In this document: positions 10,790-19,784 of the stretch, piece by piece
How the letters are laid out: each line of letters opens with the position of its first letter
Position numbering within the stretch: position 1 is the stretch's first letter
Assembly (NCBI GenBank): GCA_041690495.1
Contig: JAWLHE010000004.1
Span: 139,544 to 203,543 of the forward strand
Length of the DNA: 64,000 nt
DNA from: Alphaproteobacteria bacterium
Lineage (GTDB): Bacteria; Pseudomonadota; Alphaproteobacteria; CACIAM-22H2
Direction: 5' to 3'
Translations under genes and position numbers: made by a program
Notes under the pieces: generated by a model
Told to the model about the DNA's origin: nothing
The model's input: the letters and a program-made list of their open reading frames with translations, nothing else
The model's database searches: none

Positions 10790-10984
10790 TCCTGCTCTCT
10801 CCTGCCGCCTTTTGCGTCGAGGCGGTCCCTTTTAAAGCTTTGGCGCGAATTATCAATCGCGGCGCAGGTCGTGGCATGCAGTCAGGGCATAGGGGGGGCG
10901 CGCCGGGACCGAGCCAGGCTGCTTGCCCGCGCATGCGCCGCGTCGCAAGATTCCACCCCGACTCACCCGCGATCGAGGTTCCTT

Positions 10985-12190
10985 ATGGCGGCTGCCCGTG
11001 TCTTCTGGATTGCCGTAACCTGCGGCGCGCTGATCCTGACGCTGGCCACCGGCCTGCGCGCGACGTTCGGGCTCTTCCTGAAACCGGTCACCGCCGATCT
11101 GGCGGTGAGCCGGGAGCTCTTCAGTTTCGGCATCGCCTTGCAGAATCTTCTGTGGGGTGCCGCCTCGCCGCTCGCCGGCGGGATTGCGGACAAGTATGGC
11201 ACAGGCCGCGTGATCGCCGCCGGCGCGCTGTGCTACGTGGCGGGCCTCGCGATCATGGGGCACGCTGGCGGCGGGACCGAGCTAATTCTGGGCAACATCC
11301 TTGTCGGCCTGGCGCTCAGTGGCTCGGGCTTCTCGGTCGTGCTCGGCGCGATCGGCCGCGCGGCACCACCGGAAAAGCGCAGCGTGGCGCTCGGCATCAT
11401 TACTGCCGGCGGCTCGTTCGGGCAGTTCGCCATGCTGCCGTATGCGCATGTGCTGATCGACTGGCTCGGCTGGTCGGTGGCGTTGTACGTGCTGGCGGCC
11501 ACCGCACTCATCATGCTGCCGCTGACGCCGGCGGCGGTCGGCGCCAAGGCGCTGTCGACGGGCGGCGCCAAGCAGACCCTGAGTCAGGCGCTCGGCGAGG
11601 CGGTCCGCCACAAGGGGTTCTGGCTGCTGACCGCGGGCTTCTTCGTCTGCGGCTTCCAGCTCGTGTTCGTGGCGACGCATCTGCCGGCCTTTCTCGCCGA
11701 TCGCAGCCTGCCGACCTGGGTCGGCGCCTGGACCCTGGCGCTGGTCGGCCTGTTCAACATCGTCGGCTCGTATGGCTGCGGCTGGCTCGGCGGCCGCTAC
11801 AGCAAGAAGAATCTTCTGGCGCTGGTCTATGCGCTGCGCTCGGCGGTCTTCCTGCTGTTCATGGTCGTGCCGCTGACGGAATGGTCGGTGCTGATGTTCG
11901 GCGCGGCCATGGGCCTGCTGTGGCTCGGCACGGTCCCGCTGACCAGCGGCCTGGTTGCATATATCTTCGGGCCCGCTTACATGTCGATGCTGTACGGCAT
12001 CGTGTTCTTCAGCCATCAGGTCGGCAGCTTCCTGGGAGCGTGGATGGGCGGCTATTTCTACGACGTGCTCGGCTCGTACGATGCTATGTGGTGGCTGTGC
12101 GTGGTGCTTGGCCTCGTCGCCGCGGCGCTGCACTTCCCGATCGCCGAGCGGCCGGTCGCGCGGCTGGCTCCGGCCGCCGCAGCGCAATGA
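10985..12190 (+). CDS. MFS transporter
   Basis: Polytopic hydrophobic profile of about 400 aa with two six-helix halves. Start moved to ATG 10985 (MAAARVFWIAVTCG..). Confidence 0.8.
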   Translation: MAAARVFWIAVTCGALILTLATGLRATFGLFLKPVTADLAVSRELFSFGIALQNLLWGAASPLAGGIADKYGTGRVIAAGALCYVAGLAIMGHAGGGTELILGNILVGLALSGSGFSVVLGAIGRAAPPEKRSVALGIITAGGSFGQFAMLPYAHVLIDWLGWSVALYVLAATALIMLPLTPAAVGAKALSTGGAKQTLSQALGEAVRHKGFWLLTAGFFVCGFQLVFVATHLPAFLADRSLPTWVGAWTLALVGLFNIVGSYGCGWLGGRYSKKNLLALVYALRSAVFLLFMVVPLTEWSVLMFGAAMGLLWLGTVPLTSGLVAYIFGPAYMSMLYGIVFFSHQVGSFLGAWMGGYFYDVLGSYDAMWWLCVVLGLVAAALHFPIAERPVARLAPAAAAQ

Positions 12191-12312
12191 GCCGCACGGC
12201 CCGCGTATCGATCCTCGCGGCCGCCGCGGTCGTGCTGCTCGGCGCGACGTATCTGTGGGACGCGCGCGGCGCCGCGATGATGCTCGACTACGTCCTCGCC
12301 GCTTGCCTGTAG
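12187..12312 (+). CDS. Possible 41-aa single-TM peptide coupled to the MFS gene
   Basis: ATGA start/stop overlap at 12187-12190. MSRTARVSILAAAAVVLLGATYLW.. has a basic N-terminus followed by a hydrophobic helix. No family recognised. Confidence 0.3.
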   Translation: MSRTARVSILAAAAVVLLGATYLWDARGAAMMLDYVLAACL

Positions 12313-12337
12313 CACATTCCTGCCCCCGGGCGAGCTG

Positions 12338-13594
12338 ATGGACGACGCAGCGATGATAGGGCTCGCCGAAGTGATCGCCGAGGCCGGCCTCGCCGGCGAG
12401 GGCGAGTTGAGCCTGCTGCAACAATTCTGCACGCGCGCCCTCGCCCAAGGGCTGCCGCTCAGCCGCGCGCTGATCGGCGTCGACACCCTCCACCCGGTGC
12501 TCGAGGGCAGCATATTCGCCTGGCAGCGCGACGCCGAGGAGAAGACCCGCAAATCCGACTACGCACGAAGCGACATGGCAGGCGACGGCGAGAAATGGCT
12601 GCGCAGCCCGTTCTACCGCCTGATCGAAACCGGCGAGTCGATGATCCGCCGCCGGCTCGATTCACGTTACAATGGCGGCGAATTTCCCATTCTCGACGAG
12701 CTGCGCGACCAGGGCGTCACCGACTATGTCGCGATGGTCAACCGCTTCGGCGCCGACGCCAGAATCGGCGAGGTCGACTGCGTGTTCTCCTCGTGGGCGA
12801 CGGACCGCGCCGACGGCTTTGCCGAGCGCGACCTTGCAACGCTGCACTTCCTGGTGCCGCTGCTTGCACTGGCGGTCAAAAGCGCCTCGTTCGCGCGGAT
12901 CGCCGAAACCCTGGTCGACACCTATCTCGGCCGCGACGCAGGCCGGCGCGTTCTCGAAGGCCACATCACCCGCGGCGTCGCCGACCGGATCAATGCCGTG
13001 CTCTGGTTCAGCGACCTCGAGGACTTCACCCGCATAACGGATACGGCGTCGCCCGCCGAGATCATCCCGCTGCTCAATGACTATGCCGATGCGATCGTCA
13101 CCGCCGTTCACGGACAGGGCGGCGATGTGCTCAAGTTCATCGGCGACGGCATTCTCGCGGTGTTCAGCAAGGGCGATGCGGAAGCGCGCTGCCGGCAGGC
13201 GCTGGCCGCCGCCGCGGATGCGCGCGAGCGCGTGACAAAACTAAACGCCGCCCGCACGGCCGCGGGCAAGCCGGCGACCAACTTCTATCTTGGCCTGCAT
13301 GTCGGCGAGGTGTTCTTCGGCAATATCGGCAGCGTCGACCGGCTCGACTTCACCGTGGTCGGACCGGCTGTCAACGAGACCAGCCGCATCGCGGCGATGT
13401 GCCGATCGCTCGACCAGCCGATGCTGTTGTCCTCCGCCTTCGCCGGCGCGGCGCCGGGCTGCCGCGAGCAGCTCGTTTCGGTCGGCCGCTACGCGCTGCG
13501 CGGCGTGGCAAGGCCGCAGGAGCTGTTCACGCTCGATCCGGAAGGGCGCGGTACGCTGCCTGGTGACGGCGGCGTTCAGCCGACCCGGCGATAG
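12338..13594 (+). CDS. Adenylate/guanylate cyclase (class III) with N-terminal sensor-like domain
   Basis: Catalytic core FSDLEDFTRI.., KFIGDGILAVF, GLHVGEVFFGNIGS..FTVVGPAVNETSRI. Confidence 0.85.
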   Translation: MDDAAMIGLAEVIAEAGLAGEGELSLLQQFCTRALAQGLPLSRALIGVDTLHPVLEGSIFAWQRDAEEKTRKSDYARSDMAGDGEKWLRSPFYRLIETGESMIRRRLDSRYNGGEFPILDELRDQGVTDYVAMVNRFGADARIGEVDCVFSSWATDRADGFAERDLATLHFLVPLLALAVKSASFARIAETLVDTYLGRDAGRRVLEGHITRGVADRINAVLWFSDLEDFTRITDTASPAEIIPLLNDYADAIVTAVHGQGGDVLKFIGDGILAVFSKGDAEARCRQALAAAADARERVTKLNAARTAAGKPATNFYLGLHVGEVFFGNIGSVDRLDFTVVGPAVNETSRIAAMCRSLDQPMLLSSAFAGAAPGCREQLVSVGRYALRGVARPQELFTLDPEGRGTLPGDGGVQPTRR

Positions 13595-13806
13595 CGCCTG
13601 GCGTCGGTCAGGACCTTGAGCGCCACGATGCGCGTCTCGGTCGGATGGTCGCGTCCGACCAGTCGGGCATGCTCGAGTCCCCCGACGCCGGTGAAGACAC
13701 TCTCGACCCTCCACACCGGCATGTCGCGGACGGTGAAGGTCGGCGACACCGGCTGATAGTGCTGGCCGATCAGGGACTCGGGAGACTGCCTGCGAAAGCC
13801 GAACAT
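13576..13806 (-). CDS. Hypothetical 76-aa protein
   Basis: Composition is protein-like (not Arg/Ala-biased like the artefact ORFs). Converges on and overlaps the cyclase 3' end by 19 nt. No family recognised. Confidence 0.35.
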   Translation of the reverse strand: MFGFRRQSPESLIGQHYQPVSPTFTVRDMPVWRVESVFTGVGGLEHARLVGRDHPTETRIVALKVLTDARRYRRVG

Positions 13807-13918
13807 GGGCTGCTTGTACCTGGTTTCCCGGCCGCAACCGGCGGGGCGGATTCATCGCGCTGCTTCATGCCATTTATAGGGCGCGTGACGCCCCGCTCCA
13901 ACCCGGCTTCGCGCGGCA

Positions 13919-15427
13919 TCACTCCAGCCCGACGCGCCGGCGCCAGCTGCCGCGCATGACCAGCGGCATCAAGCTTAGCGCGAACAGGACAATGGCAACC
14001 GACAGCATCGTCGCGGCGATCGGCCGCTCGAAGAAGATCCCGTAGCTGCCCGACGACATGGCGAGCGACTGCCGCAGCGCGGTTTCCAGCATCGGCGACA
14101 GCACCAGACCGAGCACGATCGGCGCCACCTCGAAGTCGAACTTGCGCAGGAGATAGCCGAGGGCACCCATTCCCGTCATGATCCACACGTCGACGACGCT
14201 GCCATTGACCGAATAGACGCCGAGCACGCAGAACACCAGGATCGCCGGGTAGAGATAGGCGTACGGAATCCGCAGCAGGTTCACGAACAGACCGACCAGC
14301 GGCAGGTTGAGGACCAGCAGCACGAGATTGCCGACATACATGCTGGCGACGAAGCCCCAGAACAGCGCGGGCTGCTCGGCCATCAGCATCGGGCCGGGGG
14401 CGATGCCGTGCACCATCAGCGCCGCCAGCATCACCGCGGGGATCGGTCCCGATGGCACGCCGAGCGCCAGCATCGGTACGAAGGCGCTGCACGCCGCGGC
14501 GTTGTTGGCGGATTCCGGACCGGCGACGCCCTCGACGGCACCCTTGCCGAAGCGCTCCGGGTGTTTCGAGATCCGCCGCTCCAGCGCATAGGAGACGAAG
14601 GACGAGATGATGTGCGCCGAGCCGGGCACGATGCCGATGACGAAGCCGAGCACGGTGCCGCGCCCGATCGGTCCAGCCGACCGGCGCAGCTCCGTTCCCG
14701 AGGGCAGCAGGTCCCTGAGCTTCGGCTTCTGCACCGCGGGCGGCTTGCCCTGCCCTGCCGTCAGCAGGATCTCGGAGATGCCGAACAGGCCGACCGCGAC
14801 CGGCACGATGCCGAACCCGTCGCCGAGCTCGACCAGCCCGTACTGGAAGCGGAAGAAGCCGCTCATCAGGTCGATGCCGACGGTGCCGAAGAACAGGCCG
14901 AGCGCCGCCATCGCCAGCGACTTGGCCATCGAGCCGCCGCTCAGGAAGGCGAGCACCAGCAGGCCCAACGTCAGCAGCGCGAAATACTCCGGCGGGCCGA
15001 AGCGCAGCGCGAACGAGGCGAGCGGAGGTGCGAGCAGCATCAGCCCGACGATGCTGATCGTTCCCGCCACGAACGAGCCGAATGCGGCGATTGCCAGCGC
15101 CGGGCCGGCGCGGCCCGCCTGGGTCATGGCGTAGCCGTCGATGCAGGTCATCACCGACGCCGCCTCGCCGGGGATGCGCATCAGGATCGAGGTGGTCGAG
15201 CCGCCGTACATCGCGCCGTAATAGATGCCGGCGAGCAGCACGATCGCCGTGGTCGGCTGCAGGCCGAAAGTGGCGGGCAGCAGCAGGCTGATCCCGGCGA
15301 GCGGCCCGACCCCGGGCAGCATGCCGACGAGGGTGCCGACGATGCAGCCGACCACCGCGAACATCAGCACCTCAGGGGCGAGCGCCACCGAGAAGCCGAG
15401 ATAGAGGTTGGCGAGGGTTTCGGTCAC
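13919..15427 (-). CDS. tctA: Tripartite tricarboxylate transporter large permease TctA
   Basis: 502-aa polytopic protein. GMLPGVGPLAGISLLLP and GIVPGSAHIISSF motifs are typical of the TctA family. Confidence 0.9.
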   Translation of the reverse strand: MTETLANLYLGFSVALAPEVLMFAVVGCIVGTLVGMLPGVGPLAGISLLLPATFGLQPTTAIVLLAGIYYGAMYGGSTTSILMRIPGEAASVMTCIDGYAMTQAGRAGPALAIAAFGSFVAGTISIVGLMLLAPPLASFALRFGPPEYFALLTLGLLVLAFLSGGSMAKSLAMAALGLFFGTVGIDLMSGFFRFQYGLVELGDGFGIVPVAVGLFGISEILLTAGQGKPPAVQKPKLRDLLPSGTELRRSAGPIGRGTVLGFVIGIVPGSAHIISSFVSYALERRISKHPERFGKGAVEGVAGPESANNAAACSAFVPMLALGVPSGPIPAVMLAALMVHGIAPGPMLMAEQPALFWGFVASMYVGNLVLLVLNLPLVGLFVNLLRIPYAYLYPAILVFCVLGVYSVNGSVVDVWIMTGMGALGYLLRKFDFEVAPIVLGLVLSPMLETALRQSLAMSSGSYGIFFERPIAATMLSVAIVLFALSLMPLVMRGSWRRRVGLE

Positions 15428-15613
15428 GGCGCGGCCGGGTGTTCCACTGTTCCATCGAGAAGGACGGTGGCAGACCGCCGCTCACCCGCTTCACCGCGCC
15501 GCGGCGGCCGAAGCACCCTCTGAAACAGGCAACGCGCTGATTTTTCTAATGTATTCACGACTGCTTCATTGCTTCACGCGAGTCTGCACTTTGCTCGTCC
15601 CCGCCGATCTGTC

Positions 15614-15693
15614 ATCGCCGGGCATGACCCGGCGATCCAGTCCACGTCCTCGGACTTGATCCGAGGATGGATGCCCGGGTCGAGCCCGGGCAT
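15614..15693. repeat. REP-like triple hairpin in the tctB-tctA gap
   Basis: ATCGCCGGG-catga-CCCGGCGAT (15614-15636), TCCTCGGA-cttga-TCCGAGGA (15647-15667), ATGCCCGGG-tcgag-CCCGGGCAT (15671-15693). Confidence 0.7.
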
Positions 15694-15832
15694 GACAGTC
15701 TTCGAGGCATAGAGGAACCGCAAAACGACAAACGCCCGCCGGTCCGGAACCGGGCGGGCGCTATTCTCCGGCCGGACTCCAGCACGGATCGGGCGGTCGC
15801 GGAAGGCGGTTTCTGCACAGGCCATCGGCTGC

Positions 15833-16309
15833 TCAGAAGCCCAGCGGCCCCCGCGGCAGCGGCACGCGCAGCAGGTCCGAGAACAGGTAGAACGAGCCGA
15901 GCGACAGACCCAGCGCCACTGCGGCCACGGCCAGAGGATGGCGGCGCTCCAGCAGGCCGAGGAAGAACACGAGCAGGATCATGGTCGTGAGCCGGTAGCC
16001 GAGCCGCTCCAGCCCCCAGGCGGCGAAGGCGCAGGCGGCGATCAGCATCGCGGCGTGGCGCGCCTCCGGCCAGGCCATCGCGCGCAAGGCCGGCCCGCCG
16101 CCCTGCCATGCCACGACGGCCGCCATGGCCGCCATCACCGCGGCGGTGAGCAACGGCATGTAGGCGGCGCCTGGATTGCGCCACGTGCCGAGCGGCAGCG
16201 CCATCGCCTCCCATGCGATCCCCGCCGCGCAAAGGATCAGGACGATCCCTGCGAAGCGGTCGCGCGTGAGGAACGCGCGTCCTTCATTGGTGTTTGGCCG
16301 GTCAGGCAC
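15833..16309 (-). CDS. tctB: Tripartite tricarboxylate transporter small subunit TctB
   Basis: 158 aa with four hydrophobic helices. Positioned between tctC and tctA. Confidence 0.75.
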   Translation of the reverse strand: MPDRPNTNEGRAFLTRDRFAGIVLILCAAGIAWEAMALPLGTWRNPGAAYMPLLTAAVMAAMAAVVAWQGGGPALRAMAWPEARHAAMLIAACAFAAWGLERLGYRLTTMILLVFFLGLLERRHPLAVAAVALGLSLGSFYLFSDLLRVPLPRGPLGF

Positions 16310-16322
16310 GTCGATGCTCCCC

Positions 16323-16498
16323 CCCTCTCCCTTGCGGAGAGGGAGGAACCCGACGCCGAAGGCGCCATGAGGGTGAGGGGCACCGGTTCAGCAAAAGCAG
16401 GCGCGCTTCGAAGGAATGCGTCCAGTGCCGCGAGAGCCGAACTGGCCCTGCCGCCCCCCTCACCCTGCCCTCTCCCCCCGCTTCGCGGGTGGAGAGGG
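16323..16498. repeat. GC-rich CCCTCTCC/GGAGAGGG nested inverted repeats in the tctC-tctB gap
   Basis: CCCTCTCC-cttgc-GGAGAGGG (16323-16343). GGGTGAGGGG (16371-16380) pairs with CCCCTCACCC (16456-16465). CCCTCTCC..CCCGC-ttc-GCGGG..GGAGAGGG (16468-16498). Confidence 0.6.
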
Positions 16499-16540
16499 GT
16501 TCTGTCGTTCGGGGGACGGAGAGGACGGACAAAGGATTCG

Positions 16541-17530
16541 CTACTTCTGCTCGACCTTGCCGACGCGCTTGACGGCGGCGGCGAGCATGGCGGCGTCCTT
16601 GTCCCAGAACTTCTGGAACTCCGGCGCGTCGAGATAGGTGACCGGCGTCTTCAGCTTCTGCATCGCCGCCATGAAGTCCGGGTCCTGCACCACCTTACCC
16701 ATCGCCTCGCGCAGGGTCTTCACCGCCGGCTCGGGCGTGCCGGCCGGCACGAACACGCCCGACCAGATATAGAACTCGACGTCCTTGTAGCCGAGCTCCT
16801 TGAAGGTCGGCAGGTCGGGCAGGGCCGCAAGCCGCTTGTCGCCCCACGTCGCCAGCGCGCGCAACTTGCCCGCCTGAATCTGCGGAATGACCGGACCCGG
16901 GCCGGAGGCGAGCGCCTGGACGTGACCGCCGAGCAGTGCCGTCAGCGCCGGGCCGCCGCCGCTGAACGGCACGTGCTTGAGCTTGATGTCCGCAGCCGCG
17001 GCGAAGATCTCCATCGCCATGTGCAGGGTGCCGTAGATGCCCGAAGACGAGAACGAGATCTCGCCCGGGCGCTTCCGGGCGTCCTCGACGAAGTCCTTGA
17101 CCGTCTTCCACGGGCTGTCAGCCGGCACCACCAGCACGGTCGGGTCGGCGGTGACGAGCGCGATCGGCTCGAGCTGCTTCATCTGATAGGCGGACTGGCG
17201 GCCGAACAGCTTGTCGGCCTCGGGGATGATCGAGATGCTCGAGAGCGCCATCAGGATCGTATAGCCGTCCGGCCTGGCGTTCGCCGCCGCCGCCATGCCG
17301 ACGGCGCCTCCCGCACCCGGCCGGTTCTGCACCACCACCGGCTGCTTGAGGACCTTCTCGAGCCCTGCCGCGACCGGCCGGCCGCTCTGGTCGGCGACGC
17401 CGCCCGGCGGGAACGGCACGATCATGGTGATCGGCCGAGACGGATAGGCGTCCTGCGCCGCGGCGGGCAATGGCGACGTAGCGAGAAGTCCGGCAACGAC
17501 TCCGAATACTGCCAATGCCGATCTCATCAT
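16541..17530 (-). CDS. tctC: Tripartite tricarboxylate transporter substrate-binding protein (Bug/TctC family)
   Basis: Signal peptide MMRSALAVFGVVAGLLATSPLPAAA, then YPSRPITMIVPFPPGGVADQ. Start moved to 17530. Confidence 0.85.
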   Translation of the reverse strand: MMRSALAVFGVVAGLLATSPLPAAAQDAYPSRPITMIVPFPPGGVADQSGRPVAAGLEKVLKQPVVVQNRPGAGGAVGMAAAANARPDGYTILMALSSISIIPEADKLFGRQSAYQMKQLEPIALVTADPTVLVVPADSPWKTVKDFVEDARKRPGEISFSSSGIYGTLHMAMEIFAAAADIKLKHVPFSGGGPALTALLGGHVQALASGPGPVIPQIQAGKLRALATWGDKRLAALPDLPTFKELGYKDVEFYIWSGVFVPAGTPEPAVKTLREAMGKVVQDPDFMAAMQKLKTPVTYLDAPEFQKFWDKDAAMLAAAVKRVGKVEQK

Positions 17531-17561
17531 GAGGTTTTCCTCCGTATGCATTCTTATTGTC

Positions 17562-17630
17562 ATGCCCGGACCTGATCCGGGCATCCGGACTGCGGCGTCG
17601 CCGGACCGGATTGCCGGGTCAGCCCGGCAA
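17562..17630. repeat. REP-like hairpins between the FAH-family gene and tctC
   Basis: ATGCCCGGA-cctga-TCCGGGCAT (17562-17584) and TTGCCGGG-tcag-CCCGGCAA (17611-17630). Same family as 15614-15693. Confidence 0.7.
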
Positions 17631-17680
17631 TGACAATGAGTGATAGTGCCGGGAATTGCTATCCCGGAGCAGGCGCCCCA

Positions 17681-18571
17681 TCAATCCACCGGATTGGTCA
17701 GCTCGCCGATCGGCTCGATGGCAACCGAAACCACGTCGCCCTTCTTCAGGTATTTCGGCGGCTTGAAGCCGATGCCCACACCCGACGGCGTGCCGGTCGC
17801 GATCAGGTCGCCGGGCTCGAGCGTGATGCCGGCCGAGATCGTCTCGATCAGGGTCGGGATGTCGAAGATCAGGTCCTTGACCCTGGCATCCTGGCGCAAC
17901 TCGCCGTTGACGCGCGTCGTCAGGTGCATATCGCCGACATCGGACACCTCGTCGGCGGTCAGCAGCACCGGGCCCATCGGGCAGAACCCGTCCATGCTCT
18001 TGCCGATGAACCACTGCTTGTGGCGGTGCTGCAAGGTGCGCGCCGTGACGTCGTTGACGATCGTGTAGCCGTAGACATGCTCGAAGGCGCGCGCCTTGCT
18101 GATGCCGCGACCGCCCTTGCCGATCACCACCGCCAGCTCGTTCTCGTAATCGACCGAGTTGGTCGGGTCGAGCTGTGCCGGAATTGGCGCACCCGGCCCG
18201 ATCACGCAGGACGACGGCTTGGTGAAGATGATCGGCACCTCGGGGATCGCGTCCTTGCCGGCCGAGGCGTCGAAGCCGCTGCCGTGAAACTCGCGCGCGT
18301 GATCGTGATAGTTCTTGCCGACGCAGAAGATGTTGCGCGCGGGACGCGGGATCGGCGCCGCGAGCTTCAACTTGCTCAGCGGCAGGCGCACCGCCGCCGT
18401 CGCGAGAGCGCGCTTCAGCTTTTGCAGACCTGCGGCACCCATCGCGATAAGGCCGAGCATGTCGCGCGGCAGGTCGGGGGCGGCGGCCGCAATGTCGACG
18501 ACGGTCTGCGACGGCGCGTCGAGTACGCCCACCCGCAGCCCCACATCACCCCGGAAAGTCACCAGACGCAT
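17681..18571 (-). CDS. Fumarylacetoacetate hydrolase (FAH) family protein
   Basis: FCVGKNYHDHAREF, DYENELAVVIGKGG, TGTPSGVG. Confidence 0.85.
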   Translation of the reverse strand: MRLVTFRGDVGLRVGVLDAPSQTVVDIAAAAPDLPRDMLGLIAMGAAGLQKLKRALATAAVRLPLSKLKLAAPIPRPARNIFCVGKNYHDHAREFHGSGFDASAGKDAIPEVPIIFTKPSSCVIGPGAPIPAQLDPTNSVDYENELAVVIGKGGRGISKARAFEHVYGYTIVNDVTARTLQHRHKQWFIGKSMDGFCPMGPVLLTADEVSDVGDMHLTTRVNGELRQDARVKDLIFDIPTLIETISAGITLEPGDLIATGTPSGVGIGFKPPKYLKKGDVVSVAIEPIGELTNPVD

Positions 18572-18592
18572 TCCTGCAACCTCTCAACTATT

Positions 18593-18608
18593 CGTCAGTT
18601 AACTGACG
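18593..18608. promoter_or_regulatory. Perfect 16-bp palindrome CGTCAGTTAACTGACG upstream of the FAH-family gene (candidate operator)
   Basis: Read directly from the sequence. It starts 22 nt upstream of ATG 18571 and lies in the 135-nt gap after the enolase-superfamily gene. It has a GT-N10-AC architecture, which I recall as typical of GntR-family sites. Confidence 0.4.
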
Positions 18609-18706
18609 GTCGTGGTACACGCCGCGGCGCGCGGCATCAACTCCCCTGAACCGGGAAGACACGAGAAGCCCGCCCCCTGCGGACTTCCGCACGCAGCGCG
18701 GCATGT

Positions 18707-19774
18707 TCACGCGGCAGGAGCGAGCGCCTCGAACGGTGAGATCCCGAGCCCCGGCGCAGCTGGAACCGCCATGAAGCCGTCCTGGATCGGCGGCGGCGGG
18801 GCGAGATCGCGCGCAAGGAAACGGGCAGTGCCGATGCCGCACGGCGGAATCGGATCCGGCAGCAGCGCCCCGCAATGCAGGGCAACGGTCAGGCCGATCG
18901 CGGTCTCCAGGCTCGCCGTGACCACGGATCGCAGGCCGGCCGCGGCGGCCGCGTCGATCACCTGGAGAGTCCGGTCGGGTCCGCCGAGCCGCGGCGGCTT
19001 CAGCACCAGTACATGGGCGGCGCGCTGCGCAATGATCGATTGCACATGGGTCAAGGTCCGCGCCGAATCGTCGAGCGCGACCGGGATCGGACTCTCGCGA
19101 CAGAGCTCGGCATAGGCCGCCAGCGTGGTGCCGCGCGGCAGCGGCTCTTCGACGTATTCGATGCCGAAACGCGCCATGGCGCGAAGCTGGTCGAGCGCCC
19201 AGGACAGCGGCCATGACTCGTTCGGGTCGATCCGGATCGTGAGATTCGGGAAAGCCTCGCGGATGGCGCCGACCCGGGCCAGGTCGAGCTCACGATTGGT
19301 ATCGCACTTGATCTTGACGGTATCCTGGCCGCGGGCGACCGCGGCGGCCGCGCGTTCCACGCAGGTTTCCGGCTTCTCGTCGCCGATCAGGTCGTTGACC
19401 GGAACCCGCGCGGCGACCCGGCGCGATGTGCCGCCGACATAGCCGGAAAGGGACTTGCCTTCTCGCGCCGCACGGGCCGAAAGCCATGCGGATGAGATGC
19501 CGCAGCGGAGGCGAGCCGGGGCCTCGCGCAACTCGAGTTGCTCTAGGAAGTCGTCCCGGTCCGGATCGAGTCCGTGCAGGAGCGCCCGGCACTGGTCGGC
19601 TAACGCAGCGCCCGGATAGACCACGTGCGGCGGCAGGGCGGCTTCGCCCCATCCGGTTCCGCCATCGAGCCCGATGCCGACGATGATGCCGCAACGCTCG
19701 TGCTGCACGCCCTTGGACCAGCGATACGGGACGCTCAACGGAAGTGCGTAAGGCCGGATCTCGATGCGAGCCAT
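18707..19774 (-). CDS. Enolase-superfamily enzyme, MR/MLE type (KxK subgroup; dipeptide epimerase/OSBS/N-acylamino-acid racemase-like)
   Basis: VKIKCD (KxK), metal ligands in RIDPNE, VEEPL, ALDDS, and a second Lys in VLKPPRLGG. Start moved to ATG 19774. Confidence 0.8.
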   Translation of the reverse strand: MARIEIRPYALPLSVPYRWSKGVQHERCGIIVGIGLDGGTGWGEAALPPHVVYPGAALADQCRALLHGLDPDRDDFLEQLELREAPARLRCGISSAWLSARAAREGKSLSGYVGGTSRRVAARVPVNDLIGDEKPETCVERAAAAVARGQDTVKIKCDTNRELDLARVGAIREAFPNLTIRIDPNESWPLSWALDQLRAMARFGIEYVEEPLPRGTTLAAYAELCRESPIPVALDDSARTLTHVQSIIAQRAAHVLVLKPPRLGGPDRTLQVIDAAAAAGLRSVVTASLETAIGLTVALHCGALLPDPIPPCGIGTARFLARDLAPPPPIQDGFMAVPAAPGLGISPFEALAPAA

Positions 19775-19784
19775 GTTCAACCCT

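Noticed and set aside
10790-10984. SAM-II-type riboswitch in the mtnP leader (an AAAGCU-containing stretch and a CCGCC..GGCGG hairpin).
   Set aside because: Only a short AAAGCU match and a generic hairpin are present. I could not reconstruct the pseudoknot consensus, so this is not supportable by eye.
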